This document shows positions 49,310 through 58,257 of a stretch of DNA of 64,000 nucleotides, piece by piece. The stretch spans positions 20,352 through 84,351 of the IMG/VR virus record IMGVR_UViG_3300020037_002731; one strand, 5' to 3'. The first letter of the stretch is position 1, and every line of letters begins with the position of its first letter. Made by a program: the position numbers and the translations under genes. Below the pieces are notes generated by a model that made no database searches, was not told the origin of the DNA, and worked only from the letters and a program-made list of their open reading frames with translations. This DNA is from a virus. Its lineage: Duplodnaviria; Caudoviricetes.

Positions 49310-49567
49310 TTAATCATGAGGATATTTAAGATCATGAGTTAATTCTGGATAGATCTTTTCATTAATCTTTTTCTGCTCTTCTATATCACAAGATGATATT
49401 AATTCCTTGTTTCCATTTTCATCTATATGCTCTACTGTACAAAAATCAAGTTCTCCCAAATAATCTACATCAGGAAGTAACTCATCTAATCTTAATCTAA
49501 TTTTATCTAAGTAATTAGTTATAGTTAATTTAAGTTGAACTAATTCCATTGGATCTATCTTTCTCAT
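49310..49567 (-). CDS. Hypothetical protein
   Basis: 85-aa ORF between TerL and portal. Confidence 0.5.
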   Translation of the reverse strand: MRKIDPMELVQLKLTITNYLDKIRLRLDELLPDVDYLGELDFCTVEHIDENGNKELISSCDIEEQKKINEKIYPELTHDLKYPHD

Positions 49568-49595
49568 AATTTCTATTTTTCTTTAATTTAAATTT

Positions 49596-51782
49596 TTATC
49601 TAGGATGTTGTCTAAATACTGTTTTATTCATGTACTGATCCCATACTTTATTATTTCTATTTTTATTTAATAATGATTCAGCAAATTTAGCAGCTTGAGC
49701 TATTGGATCATTTTTATCTGATGTAGTTTTAATCTTTCTTTTAGCTGTAGCTTCTTTATACAATAAGCATCCCCTAAATGCTGTTACCCTATCTGCATTT
49801 TTCTCTCCATCATATTCTAATAGCTCTTCAATTAAACCTAAATCTTTAATCCTTTCTAGTCCTAGTATTTCTCTAGTCATATTTCCTTCAGCATCATATT
49901 CATTACCTATATTTTCTAATAAATATTTTACTATTAAATCATCTCCATGATCTATAATTTCAGCAGTAGGATGATAGCCTTTTCTTCTTTTTACTTTACT
50001 ATCTCCAATAAGTCCTTTAATTTCATCCATCTCATCCTGTAAAACAAATTCTTTGTTTTTATTAATGTGATGTGTAATAATACCTATGTTAGCATTCTCT
50101 ACTAAATTTTTACATCCAGGATAGTATTGACTTAAAAATAAACTAATATCATAACATTCTTCTACCTTATCTCTTCTTCCTATATAACTTGCTACTATTT
50201 CATTTTTAAAATAATGTTTATCTGTAGCATTATCTTGAGATATTTTTAAAGTTCCAGGATCGTTTTTAAAAATATAAGTAACGAATAAAGAATCACTTGT
50301 TGGAGCTACATCTTGATCTACACTATCTGTACTTTGTAAATATAAGTTTTCAATAGTATTATCTGAAACAGGAGGTTCATAAATCCATATTACTCCCTCA
50401 CTTCCATTTTGACTTGATAATTTAACAGGATAATCATTAAATGGATGTTTCTTATCATGTAATGGTTTTGAAGGAATTATTTTCCCATTATCATTTTGAG
50501 TCTTAATTGCATATCCATACTTATAATCTCCATAAAGTATTAATCTATTTTTATGTGCAAGTAAAAGATCTTTAGGAAATCTTGATCTACCTCTTGATAA
50601 AAATGCCTCACTTGGCTTTATACAATTTTGAGTAATCTCTGTAATATAAAATGAAGTACTTGTTTTCTTCATTTCATTTCTATTGTAAGCAATATAATCC
50701 ATTGCACAATAAATATCCAGTCCTTTATTCTTAATTAATATATTCCAATCTTCACTATTCCTCAACCAATTAATCTGATCTTCTGAAGGATCATTTATTA
50801 TACTATTTCCATATTGATCTACAAATGGCTCATAGTACATAAATCTTGGAATAAAATATCCACAAGTCTTGGGCATTGCATCATCAAACCAAACATTTTC
50901 AAATTCTTTAAAACCATATAGGGCTGGTTTAGTAAATATCTCTTTCAGTCCTTGACAATCATCCAAATCTCCCACACTTCCTGCTGCACAAAATAATCCT
51001 GTTGTAATAGCTCCTTTCTTTAAAGCTGGTAATAAATAAGCTACAGTATCTAAAAAGTTATTAGCTACACCAGGTTCTTGATAATCAAACAAAGTAGTTC
51101 CTCCACCCACACCCTTTGTTGGGTTATCTTTAAAATTAACTTTTCTTACTTCACTTAATTTACCCTTTGTTAGCTTTTTTCCATTATCAAAAACTTCATA
51201 AGCCATTCTAATTCTCTTCTGTGTATCAGGGCTTCTATTTTTATAAAATGCTGTATGTTCATTTAGATTGTCTAAATAATCTTGAAGCATAGTCCATGCT
51301 TTATCTCCATGATCTGCTAAATAGCTTCCTACATAATTCATACTTTTTTTATGAAAATGTAAATTCCATAAAATAGGAATCATAGCCTTTAAACTTGCGC
51401 CTACCTGTCTAACTTTTAAAGATACAAAATGTTCTTTATCTCTTTTGCAATTATCAATTTGTTTAAACCAATCTGCATCTAAATCAAGAAACTTTGGAAA
51501 AGTATAAGAGTTAGTACTTTCTTTTGTAGGAATAGGGCAATAGTTTAAATATAAATAATGTAGCCCAGAAACACTTTGATTTCCTATTTCTAGTCCATTT
51601 AGTATTTTATCTTTTTCTTTAGTCCAGTACTCATTAAATCCAGGAGTACCTTCAGGGTAAGGAGTATATTTACCTAACTTTGAAAAGGTAATTGCTGCTT
51701 CTCTAAAGACATCTGTATCTTTCCATAAACTTTTACCTCCTAGTCCATTGTAAGGATAGTAATTTGATTGCCATAAACTCAT
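49596..51782 (-). CDS. terL: Terminase large subunit
   Basis: LHYLYLNY, LKVRQVGAS (Walker A), RNase H-like nuclease motifs DSVD...DRV. No intein. Confidence 0.93.
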   Translation of the reverse strand: MSLWQSNYYPYNGLGGKSLWKDTDVFREAAITFSKLGKYTPYPEGTPGFNEYWTKEKDKILNGLEIGNQSVSGLHYLYLNYCPIPTKESTNSYTFPKFLDLDADWFKQIDNCKRDKEHFVSLKVRQVGASLKAMIPILWNLHFHKKSMNYVGSYLADHGDKAWTMLQDYLDNLNEHTAFYKNRSPDTQKRIRMAYEVFDNGKKLTKGKLSEVRKVNFKDNPTKGVGGGTTLFDYQEPGVANNFLDTVAYLLPALKKGAITTGLFCAAGSVGDLDDCQGLKEIFTKPALYGFKEFENVWFDDAMPKTCGYFIPRFMYYEPFVDQYGNSIINDPSEDQINWLRNSEDWNILIKNKGLDIYCAMDYIAYNRNEMKKTSTSFYITEITQNCIKPSEAFLSRGRSRFPKDLLLAHKNRLILYGDYKYGYAIKTQNDNGKIIPSKPLHDKKHPFNDYPVKLSSQNGSEGVIWIYEPPVSDNTIENLYLQSTDSVDQDVAPTSDSLFVTYIFKNDPGTLKISQDNATDKHYFKNEIVASYIGRRDKVEECYDISLFLSQYYPGCKNLVENANIGIITHHINKNKEFVLQDEMDEIKGLIGDSKVKRRKGYHPTAEIIDHGDDLIVKYLLENIGNEYDAEGNMTREILGLERIKDLGLIEELLEYDGEKNADRVTAFRGCLLYKEATAKRKIKTTSDKNDPIAQAAKFAESLLNKNRNNKVWDQYMNKTVFRQHPR

Positions 51783-51786
51783 TCTA

Positions 51787-52209
51787 TTATTCTCCTGTAT
51801 ATACTATAAAATTATTAAGTATTGCATTACCTGTTGATGTTTTTAAAACATAAGCATAGTCATAAACACCTACTCCATCTTTATTTGTTATTTCTGCTAT
51901 TGTGTTATTAGTCATATCTAAACACATAACTTCATCAAAGTTTTTGTACTCTGATATTTTTCTAAAATTTCCTTGAGCATCCATTATTTTTGTATCTGAT
52001 GTACAGTACAAAAAACATTTATTGTATAATCTAATTCTCCATAGATCTGATTTGAATGTGTTTCTATATAATTCAGTAACACAATCTCTTACTACTTTAT
52101 TAGTACTAAGATCATATGCTGTAATACTTCCTCTATAATTTGATATATCTTCCAAGGAAAATAAATCAGAAGTATCATATACTTGAAATACACTAAATCT
52201 ACTAAACAT
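51787..52209 (-). CDS. Free-standing Hint (intein-fold) domain protein lacking the catalytic residues
   Basis: SLEDI...ITAYD...WRIRL...CTSDTKI...G.FRKISEY...DEV...NAILNNFIVYT follows the Hint block A/B/F/G spacing. Confidence 0.65.
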   Translation of the reverse strand: MFSRFSVFQVYDTSDLFSLEDISNYRGSITAYDLSTNKVVRDCVTELYRNTFKSDLWRIRLYNKCFLYCTSDTKIMDAQGNFRKISEYKNFDEVMCLDMTNNTIAEITNKDGVGVYDYAYVLKTSTGNAILNNFIVYTGE

Positions 52210-52211
52210 AA

Positions 52212-52727
52212 TTATGCATTTTCATCCCAACCTATTTTACTTTGTCCTATTTTTTTACTTGAGTTTAATTTCTCCTTTTCTATTGCCTCTTTTAAAGCAT
52301 CATATGATGCAAAAGTTTTACTACTTTTATCCATTGCATTTAACAATTGAGTTATAGTTCCATCTTTTCCTGCACTAATTGGAGTTCTCTTAATAAAGTC
52401 TCCTAGCTTAAATAAAAGTTCTCTATAAGCTTCTAACAAAAATTGTGGAGGAGTTATATTTACTTTCTTATAAAATTCAATAGTTTCCTTAATTGAAGGT
52501 TCATTTAACTTAATTCCATATTGAGATTCTATTTCCTGTATTTTTATCTTTTCAGGAAAGTTATGATATGGAGATTTAGGATCTGCAAAGAAATAAATAG
52601 CTGCAAGTATATTAACCGCTTTATCTTTATTTTTAGTTTTATCACTTTCCCATATCTTTTTTATAGAGGGAATTACTAATAAATCTGGATCTATTACTAT
52701 ATGACCATTTATATCTATTGTAAACAT
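52212..52727 (-). CDS. Conserved crAss-like protein, terminase small subunit candidate
   Basis: DKTKNKDKA...IYFFADPKSPY; position upstream of TerL. Confidence 0.55.
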   Translation of the reverse strand: MFTIDINGHIVIDPDLLVIPSIKKIWESDKTKNKDKAVNILAAIYFFADPKSPYHNFPEKIKIQEIESQYGIKLNEPSIKETIEFYKKVNITPPQFLLEAYRELLFKLGDFIKRTPISAGKDGTITQLLNAMDKSSKTFASYDALKEAIEKEKLNSSKKIGQSKIGWDENA

Positions 52728-52751
52728 AACTTATTCTTTAAATTTTAATTG

Positions 52752-52841
52752 CGGAAAATATAGGATTTGAACCTATGAATCCCTTTTGAGGATTGCTTCT
52801 TTAGCAAAGAAGTGAGTTAAGCCATGCTCCCCCAATTTTCC
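52752..52841 (-). tRNA. trnS: tRNA-Ser(GCT)
   Basis: Acceptor GGAAAAT/ATTTTCC, anticodon arm CTTCT-TTGCTAA-AGAAG, long variable arm, GTTCAAAT T-loop, G73. CCA not encoded. Confidence 0.92.
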
Positions 52842-52846
52842 TAATG

Positions 52847-52917
52847 AGTTAGATACTAGATTTGAACTAGTGTAACTAGTTTTGCAGACTAGTGGTTAGC
52901 CACTCACCCAATCTAAC
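52847..52917 (-). tRNA. trnC: tRNA-Cys(GCA)
   Basis: Acceptor GTTAGAT/ATCTAAC, anticodon arm CTAGT-CTGCAAA-ACTAG, TTCAAAT T-loop, U73 discriminator. Confidence 0.92.
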
Positions 52918-53030
52918 TTTTTAATTACAAAGTAGGTAGTATTTTCATAAGCTTTTCAACAGGTCTTACCTCAACTATTTAAAGCGAATAGTAACTAAGC
53001 TATCCATTGAGCTTTGTAATTAAGTTTTAA

Positions 53031-53234
53031 TTAAACACAAGTCTTTGAATATACTTTAGCTTCTACATCAATAGCAAGCTCAATGATAAAATCAAAGATT
53101 GGGTTTTTTGTTACTTCTTTAAGTTTCTCCAATGTCTGTACCACTACTGCATGGTTCTCACAAAAAAGATTCTTCACATCAATTTTTTCAAGTTCAGCTT
53201 CATTGAACTCTACTTTGTCTACATTAAATTTCAT
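53031..53234 (-). CDS. Hypothetical protein
   Basis: 67-aa ORF. Confidence 0.55.
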   Translation of the reverse strand: MKFNVDKVEFNEAELEKIDVKNLFCENHAVVVQTLEKLKEVTKNPIFDFIIELAIDVEAKVYSKTCV

Positions 53235-53265
53235 AATATTTATTTGGTTTTAGTTTATTGGTTTA

Positions 53266-53703
53266 TTAATTATTACTTACTTCATACAATTTATCCATAT
53301 TAGTTTGTCTACAATCTACATGAATCCATCCTTGAGTACCAGCTTCTATAGTTGTAATTCCCATTTTCTTAAATGAATCATATCTTTCTCTAATAGTATT
53401 TCTTATTTTCTCATAATCTGTTTTAGGTGGAAATACCATATCAAATGCTCTTCCAAACTTATGTTGAGAATACAATGCTCCAGTACTAGTACTAGGTAAT
53501 CTAAATCCTGATTCATGTCTATTACCACCAGTCCACCAATTATTAATTACAATAGGTACTCCAAAGTAATTTCTAACTCCTTCAATAATATCTTTAGTTC
53601 TTGGATCTAGAAACATAATACTCTTTTCATAAAAGAGCATATAAATTTCTTTAGGTACTAATTCATCTAGGTAAAAATGATCACTAAATTTTATTCTTTG
53701 CAT
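53266..53703 (-). CDS. Peptidase M15-family endolysin
   Basis: HFYLDEL...ESGFR...SQHKFGRAFD...WIHVDCR Zn-peptidase motifs. Confidence 0.88.
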   Translation of the reverse strand: MQRIKFSDHFYLDELVPKEIYMLFYEKSIMFLDPRTKDIIEGVRNYFGVPIVINNWWTGGNRHESGFRLPSTSTGALYSQHKFGRAFDMVFPPKTDYEKIRNTIRERYDSFKKMGITTIEAGTQGWIHVDCRQTNMDKLYEVSNN

Positions 53704-53704
53704 A

Positions 53705-53968
53705 TTATTTTCTTAGTGCTTGTGTATAAAATTTATATGACTGTACTATACCTTTAATCTTTGGTAAAATTTGCTCCATTGTTTCTCCTTCATGCCTTGA
53801 CATAATATCAAAATTATCATCATGGAGACTTAATCTTACTACATACTTACTATTTTCTAATATGGTAGTATCCATCTCTGTAATATGTACAGAAAATACT
53901 TTGTTTATTTCATCTGCTGATTCTTTAGGAGCTATGCTCAAATCTATTACTTCTAGTACTGTTTTCAT
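53705..53968 (-). CDS. Hypothetical protein
   Basis: 87-aa ORF, tightly packed. Confidence 0.55.
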   Translation of the reverse strand: MKTVLEVIDLSIAPKESADEINKVFSVHITEMDTTILENSKYVVRLSLHDDNFDIMSRHEGETMEQILPKIKGIVQSYKFYTQALRK

Positions 53969-53989
53969 AATTCCAATTTTATCTTTAAT

Positions 53990-54274
53990 TTATATTGCCC
54001 AAAGTCCTAGAGGACAAGTGGCATTCTTTTCTTTATCTATGTTGAATGAATGTGATTTTAATAGCAATAAACATTTACACTCTTTACATTGTTTAAATAA
54101 CCTAATCACTATTTGTGTCCAAGGAATATGAATATTGATTAAATATCCTTGTTTAGGACAAGTGTTGCATACACTCATTCTGTACTTAGCTACTTTCTCT
54201 GTATTAGGATCTTTAAAAATACTTTTATAGATCCCTTGAAGTATTTGTTTAATAATGCCAATGAGTTTCATCAA
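53990..54274 (-). CDS. Zinc-finger protein (CxxC...CxxCxC...CP..W)
   Basis: RMSVCNTCP...QCKECKCLLLLK...CPLGLW. Confidence 0.75.
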   Translation of the reverse strand: MMKLIGIIKQILQGIYKSIFKDPNTEKVAKYRMSVCNTCPKQGYLINIHIPWTQIVIRLFKQCKECKCLLLLKSHSFNIDKEKNATCPLGLWAI

Positions 54275-54527
54275 AGTGTCTTTCTTTTAAAGTTCTTAAA
54301 TCTAAATTGATATTTTGTTGTATTAAATTCATTTTAACTCCTTTCAAGTTATCTATATTTTCTAATATAAATTCAAACATATCTTTGTATCCTTGTGTAT
54401 CTGGAGATATATTTATTTGAACTGCATCAGTTCCAGACATTCCTATAATTACTTTTTCTCCTTTTCTATTAAACTCTTGTTTTTTTAAAAATAGTGTTAC
54501 TGACAATGGTTCATATTTCTGGTACAT
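54249..54527 (-). CDS. Hypothetical protein
   Basis: 92-aa ORF overlapping its neighbours. Confidence 0.55.
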   Translation of the reverse strand: MYQKYEPLSVTLFLKKQEFNRKGEKVIIGMSGTDAVQINISPDTQGYKDMFEFILENIDNLKGVKMNLIQQNINLDLRTLKERHFDETHWHY

Positions 54528-54873
54528 ATTCTTTAAAGTTTATTTTAATTCCTTTTCTCTTTTCTATTTTATCTCTTTTCTTTTGTATCTTTTGTTGTAT
54601 TCTAGTATTAGCTTTAAGTAGTAATTTTTGTAATAACTCTACCTTATCAGGTTTTTCATCTTTAATAGCATAGTCTCTTGCTGCTTTAATCTTCTTAGGT
54701 GAAAGTTCTATTTGCCCTAAGTTAACTACATTGATACTATAGTGTTCTAACTTGTTTATTTGATTAGTTAAGTTAGTATAGAAATTCTGAATTAACTTAT
54801 CTACAAATTCAGGACTCTGGTTGTTCTTCAATGCTATTTCCTGGATTATCTGTCTGTACTTGGATGTCCTCAT
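54511..54873 (-). CDS. IHF/HU-like DNA-binding protein
   Basis: IIQEIALKNNQSPEFVDKLIQNFY...INVVNLGQIEL. Confidence 0.7.
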   Translation of the reverse strand: MRTSKYRQIIQEIALKNNQSPEFVDKLIQNFYTNLTNQINKLEHYSINVVNLGQIELSPKKIKAARDYAIKDEKPDKVELLQKLLLKANTRIQQKIQKKRDKIEKRKGIKINFKEYVPEI

Positions 54874-55228
54874 TTGGTTTTACAATAAAGTCTATAATTA
54901 ATCTAAATTGATCTTCAGTAGGAATATTACTTGGTAGTACCAACCAGGAAGCTTGTTCTGGATTTAATCTGTACTCACCTACAGGATCTTTTGTTATTAA
55001 CTTTTTCTTTACTAATTTACTTTTATAGTTATTCATACTTTGAACACTAATACCTAGATTCTTAGTAATTCTTTCACTATTCCATTTATTGAAATTCTGC
55101 TTTACTTGATCTAGTATTTCAATTTCAAGATCTGTAATATTTAAATTACTTCCTGCAAATATTTTGTACAGGTAAGCTTTGTAAATATCTTTTCTTGGTT
55201 TATCTATTCTTATTTGTTTATTTATCAT
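54809..55228 (-). CDS. Winged-HTH (RepL-like) DNA-binding protein
   Basis: ITDLEIEIL...LGISVQSMNNYKSKLVKKKLI...YRLNP. Confidence 0.7.
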   Translation of the reverse strand: MINKQIRIDKPRKDIYKAYLYKIFAGSNLNITDLEIEILDQVKQNFNKWNSERITKNLGISVQSMNNYKSKLVKKKLITKDPVGEYRLNPEQASWLVLPSNIPTEDQFRLIIDFIVKPNEDIQVQTDNPGNSIEEQPES

Positions 55229-55572
55229 TTTCCAAATCCTTTAACTGTTACAAATGATTCCTCTCTATGATTAAGTTCTAATTTATCCTCAAATGTTTTA
55301 AAATTTCCTTTTACTAATACCATTCCTAAATTATCTATCTGTACTACAAATCTATCTTTGTATACAGTACCTTTAGGATTAAAAGTTTGGCAGTAAGTTC
55401 CTATGTTATATATTGGTACTTTAATCTTATGGGTAGCATTTTTCTTAATAATAACTGGAAAATCATTCCCTTCTGCATCTTTTAGTACTTTAACTATATC
55501 CTCAATAGCTGTAAGAGTAATGTATTCTTTAATCTGACTTGAGGGTTTCTTCGTACTTTTTTTTGTTCTCAT
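55225..55572 (-). CDS. Conserved crAss-like hypothetical protein
   Basis: 115 aa ending VKGFGK; synteny. Confidence 0.55.
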   Translation of the reverse strand: MRTKKSTKKPSSQIKEYITLTAIEDIVKVLKDAEGNDFPVIIKKNATHKIKVPIYNIGTYCQTFNPKGTVYKDRFVVQIDNLGMVLVKGNFKTFEDKLELNHREESFVTVKGFGK

Positions 55573-55876
55573 ACTTAATCTTTTTCCTCATTTTTGTTTC
55601 TCCTATAATTTCTTTAATGTACTCAATAATTTTATCATTACTCTTAGAATAATGCTTATCATTCAGTTCTTTGTATCTAAGTAACATCATGTACCAAACT
55701 TCTTCATTTGTTATGCCATCCTTAAATTCAATAACTCCATCTACATAAATCTTGTCTGTACTTTCTTCATACAGTGGAACTTTCTTATGAATCTTTTGAA
55801 CAAACTCAACAAGTAAACTTTTATCTTTGTCTGAATAATACTGGAGTTCATATACTCCTGGTGATACTATCTTCAT
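55529..55876 (-). CDS. Divergent Tad1/Acb2-hairpin-like protein (putative immune-signal sponge)
   Basis: PGVYEL...VEFVQK...DGITNEEV...R...LNDKHYSKSN...IKE...R aligns by eye to the Tad1 pattern GV...L...DRL...F..REN...EEA..W...R. Confidence 0.55.
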   Translation of the reverse strand: MKIVSPGVYELQYYSDKDKSLLVEFVQKIHKKVPLYEESTDKIYVDGVIEFKDGITNEEVWYMMLLRYKELNDKHYSKSNDKIIEYIKEIIGETKMRKKIKYENKKKYEETLKSD

Positions 55877-55896
55877 ATATACAATTTAAATCTAAA

Positions 55897-57768
55897 TTAA
55901 AACTCTAAATAAACAATACTGAACTTTGATAATTTTCCTGTTATTAATGGATTATGTTCTGCACCATTTGTACTTCCTAAAGTACTTCCTGCAAATCCTT
56001 GCACCTTACTAAATGTTGGTTTAGTGTATTTTGAATCAAGTAAAAAATATTCTGGAATGTCAATTTCTTTTCCTGATCTATTTTGAATAAGTAAAGAATA
56101 CTTACCATTCTTATATCCAGCTAACATATCTACTTGAGATCCTAATGAATGTTGTACAGTACAGTAAGTTCTTTGTTCTAGGTACATATTATTAATAACT
56201 GAAAGCCAAGGAAAGTTCAATGAATTAAACATTGACTTTAATCCTATAATACTACTTCCAATAAAATTACTTTGCCCTGATGTTGTTCTCTCAATCATTA
56301 CTTTCTCTGCTCTCAAGTACCAAAACATATCTACAATTCTTCCATTAAGAGGAAGCTTAGACACATAAACAGGAACATCTGTACTAAATTGAGCTACAAA
56401 TATTGGGCATCCTTTAAACAAAACTTCAGTATCATCAATATGAGTATTAAATACTGGAAGTCCAGCAGTGTAAATACTTGAGTCTTGATCTGGTATTCTT
56501 GTTAAGTTTCCATACTGATCAAATCCATGATAGTACTGTCTAATTCCTATCTTATTGGAATCTACTGCTCTATAGTTAACAAAGTCTTGAATCCATGAAT
56601 TATATTTACCAGTAATAGGATTTTTCTTAACTTCTGGCATATCTGCCAAGTGATAGATTTTTCTATCTGGAAACTTCTTATTTACTGAATCTACATACTG
56701 ATAGAATTTAGGAGGATAAGTCTTTGAAGTAAGTACTGGATAATTACTAGTAGCTCCTTCTAATCCATAAAAAATTACTATTGTTTCTTGATTGGGAAAC
56801 TGATTTATAAAGTAATAAATATCTTGTAATGAACCTGTTTGAATATTAGCAGTGTAAACAGCTTTTGTATTTGTCTTCTTACATAAATCCATCCAAGACA
56901 AGAAAAAGTCTTGCTGATAAGTTTTACATAACTCTCCATTCATAGGTCTAGGATCACAAGGCAATGGAGGATTATATCCTGATCCTTTAGTTCCATAAGG
57001 AAGTTTAAAATGAGAGTACTCACTTTCATGTCCTTCTACTGCTCCAATATAAGAATTGAAATGTCCTGAAATCATTAGATCTATAAAGGTCTGATTCTTT
57101 GGATCATTAGCTGGTACTGCAAACATAGCTGAAGTACCTCCAGCTCCCATGTATTCTGGAATTAAAGCTTTGGTAGTGTTAATAACAATACCAGGAGAAG
57201 TTAGCCCTTCATCAATTAAAGTATTACAATTATCATCTAGTCCATTCCATACTTCTACTTTATCAGGATTAATATTTGAATTAAAATCATCACAATCTAA
57301 AGAGTTAGTACTAAAATCTTTCCCAGGAGTTAAGGTACATAATTGAGTACCTAGAATTCCACCAAATCCATCTTGATCATTATCAAGATAATAAGTTATT
57401 GGAGAAGTAATTTGTGGATTAGTATCATCACAATCCCCTGATCTGTTGATATAATTAAACGGTTGTTTCTTTTTAAATAGAGGATTTTTCTCATCTACTG
57501 TATTAGCTCCATATCCATCATGATCAAAATCTTTGTACCAATAAATACATAAAGGACAATCTCCTTGAATTGCTGCAAGTTTAGCACCAGTATCAATACT
57601 TAAGGTATTCTGTTCAGTACTTACTTCTGGAATATTCTTTCCAGGAATTTGTACTACTTGTACTGAAGTATCTATTTTCTTGTTTTCTGTTTGTAATTGT
57701 GAAGTACTAGTACAAGAGAATAATCCTAGTGCTAGTACAATTGAGAGTACTCCTAATATTTTTTTCAT
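55897..57768 (-). CDS. Lipoprotein with MopE-like Cys/Asp metal-binding repeats and a GH-A-like barrel
   Basis: Lipobox LFS-C19; DFDHDGYG/GDCDD, DNDQDGFG/DCDD and NGLDDNCN repeats; YGLEG...KFPDRKI...LIQNRS...FSIVYLEF. Confidence 0.75.
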   Translation of the reverse strand: MKKILGVLSIVLALGLFSCTSTSQLQTENKKIDTSVQVVQIPGKNIPEVSTEQNTLSIDTGAKLAAIQGDCPLCIYWYKDFDHDGYGANTVDEKNPLFKKKQPFNYINRSGDCDDTNPQITSPITYYLDNDQDGFGGILGTQLCTLTPGKDFSTNSLDCDDFNSNINPDKVEVWNGLDDNCNTLIDEGLTSPGIVINTTKALIPEYMGAGGTSAMFAVPANDPKNQTFIDLMISGHFNSYIGAVEGHESEYSHFKLPYGTKGSGYNPPLPCDPRPMNGELCKTYQQDFFLSWMDLCKKTNTKAVYTANIQTGSLQDIYYFINQFPNQETIVIFYGLEGATSNYPVLTSKTYPPKFYQYVDSVNKKFPDRKIYHLADMPEVKKNPITGKYNSWIQDFVNYRAVDSNKIGIRQYYHGFDQYGNLTRIPDQDSSIYTAGLPVFNTHIDDTEVLFKGCPIFVAQFSTDVPVYVSKLPLNGRIVDMFWYLRAEKVMIERTTSGQSNFIGSSIIGLKSMFNSLNFPWLSVINNMYLEQRTYCTVQHSLGSQVDMLAGYKNGKYSLLIQNRSGKEIDIPEYFLLDSKYTKPTFSKVQGFAGSTLGSTNGAEHNPLITGKLSKFSIVYLEF

Positions 57769-58197
57769 TTATTTCTTTTCTTTTATTAATTCTTTCTCTA
57801 AAATTTTTTCAATACTATCCCATTGGGAGTACTTAATTCTAATTAGTTTAAACTTTTTCTTTTTACAGTACTCATCTTTAACTTTATCTTTAGCTTGCTG
57901 CCTCTCAAATCTTCCTGATTTTTTACTCCCATGAAATTTAGGGGTGTACTCTTCATGTTGAGACCCATCATACTCAAGAACAGTTTTAATTAAAGGTAGA
58001 TAAAAATCAAAGACTAAGTTCTGTCCAGTTAAAGGATTAATACAATCATTGAACCTAGCATACATTAGATGAAATATTCCATGAGAATTAAGCCATGTTT
58101 CAATCCTACTTTCACCTATACTCTTAGTATCTTGTATCCAGTACTTTCTTTTTGTATTTCCTTTATTATAACTTTTACTCTTTTTTGGTACTACCAT
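57769..58197 (-). CDS. DUF559/Vsr-like PD-(D/E)XK endonuclease (possibly homing)
   Basis: SIGESRI...FDFYLP...LEYDGSQH...DKVKDEYC...LIRI. Confidence 0.8.
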   Translation of the reverse strand: MVVPKKSKSYNKGNTKRKYWIQDTKSIGESRIETWLNSHGIFHLMYARFNDCINPLTGQNLVFDFYLPLIKTVLEYDGSQHEEYTPKFHGSKKSGRFERQQAKDKVKDEYCKKKKFKLIRIKYSQWDSIEKILEKELIKEKK

Positions 58198-58224
58198 TTT
58201 ATAATTCTTCTGTATATTTTTCTA

Positions 58225-58256
58225 CAAAGATACAACAATTTATTGGTATAACCAAA
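58225..58256 (-). promoter_or_regulatory. Bacteroidota-type promoter for the DUF559-like nuclease
   Basis: TTTG-N20-TATCTTTG. Confidence 0.8.
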
Positions 58257-58257
58257 C

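Noticed and set aside
49282-49313. Promoter upstream of the portal gene
   Set aside because: The -7 box (TATATTTA) is plausible but there is no TTTG at the expected -33 position; too weak to call.
43704-51782. Inteins or group I/II introns in TerL, portal or MCP
   Set aside because: All three are continuous and of expected size, without Hint or endonuclease inserts.
1110-57934. Plus-strand ORFs in the track (e.g. 39753..40313, 31012..31359, 44754..45116, 53862..54131)
   Set aside because: They are antisense shadows of well-supported minus-strand genes, with no motifs or independent expression signals.
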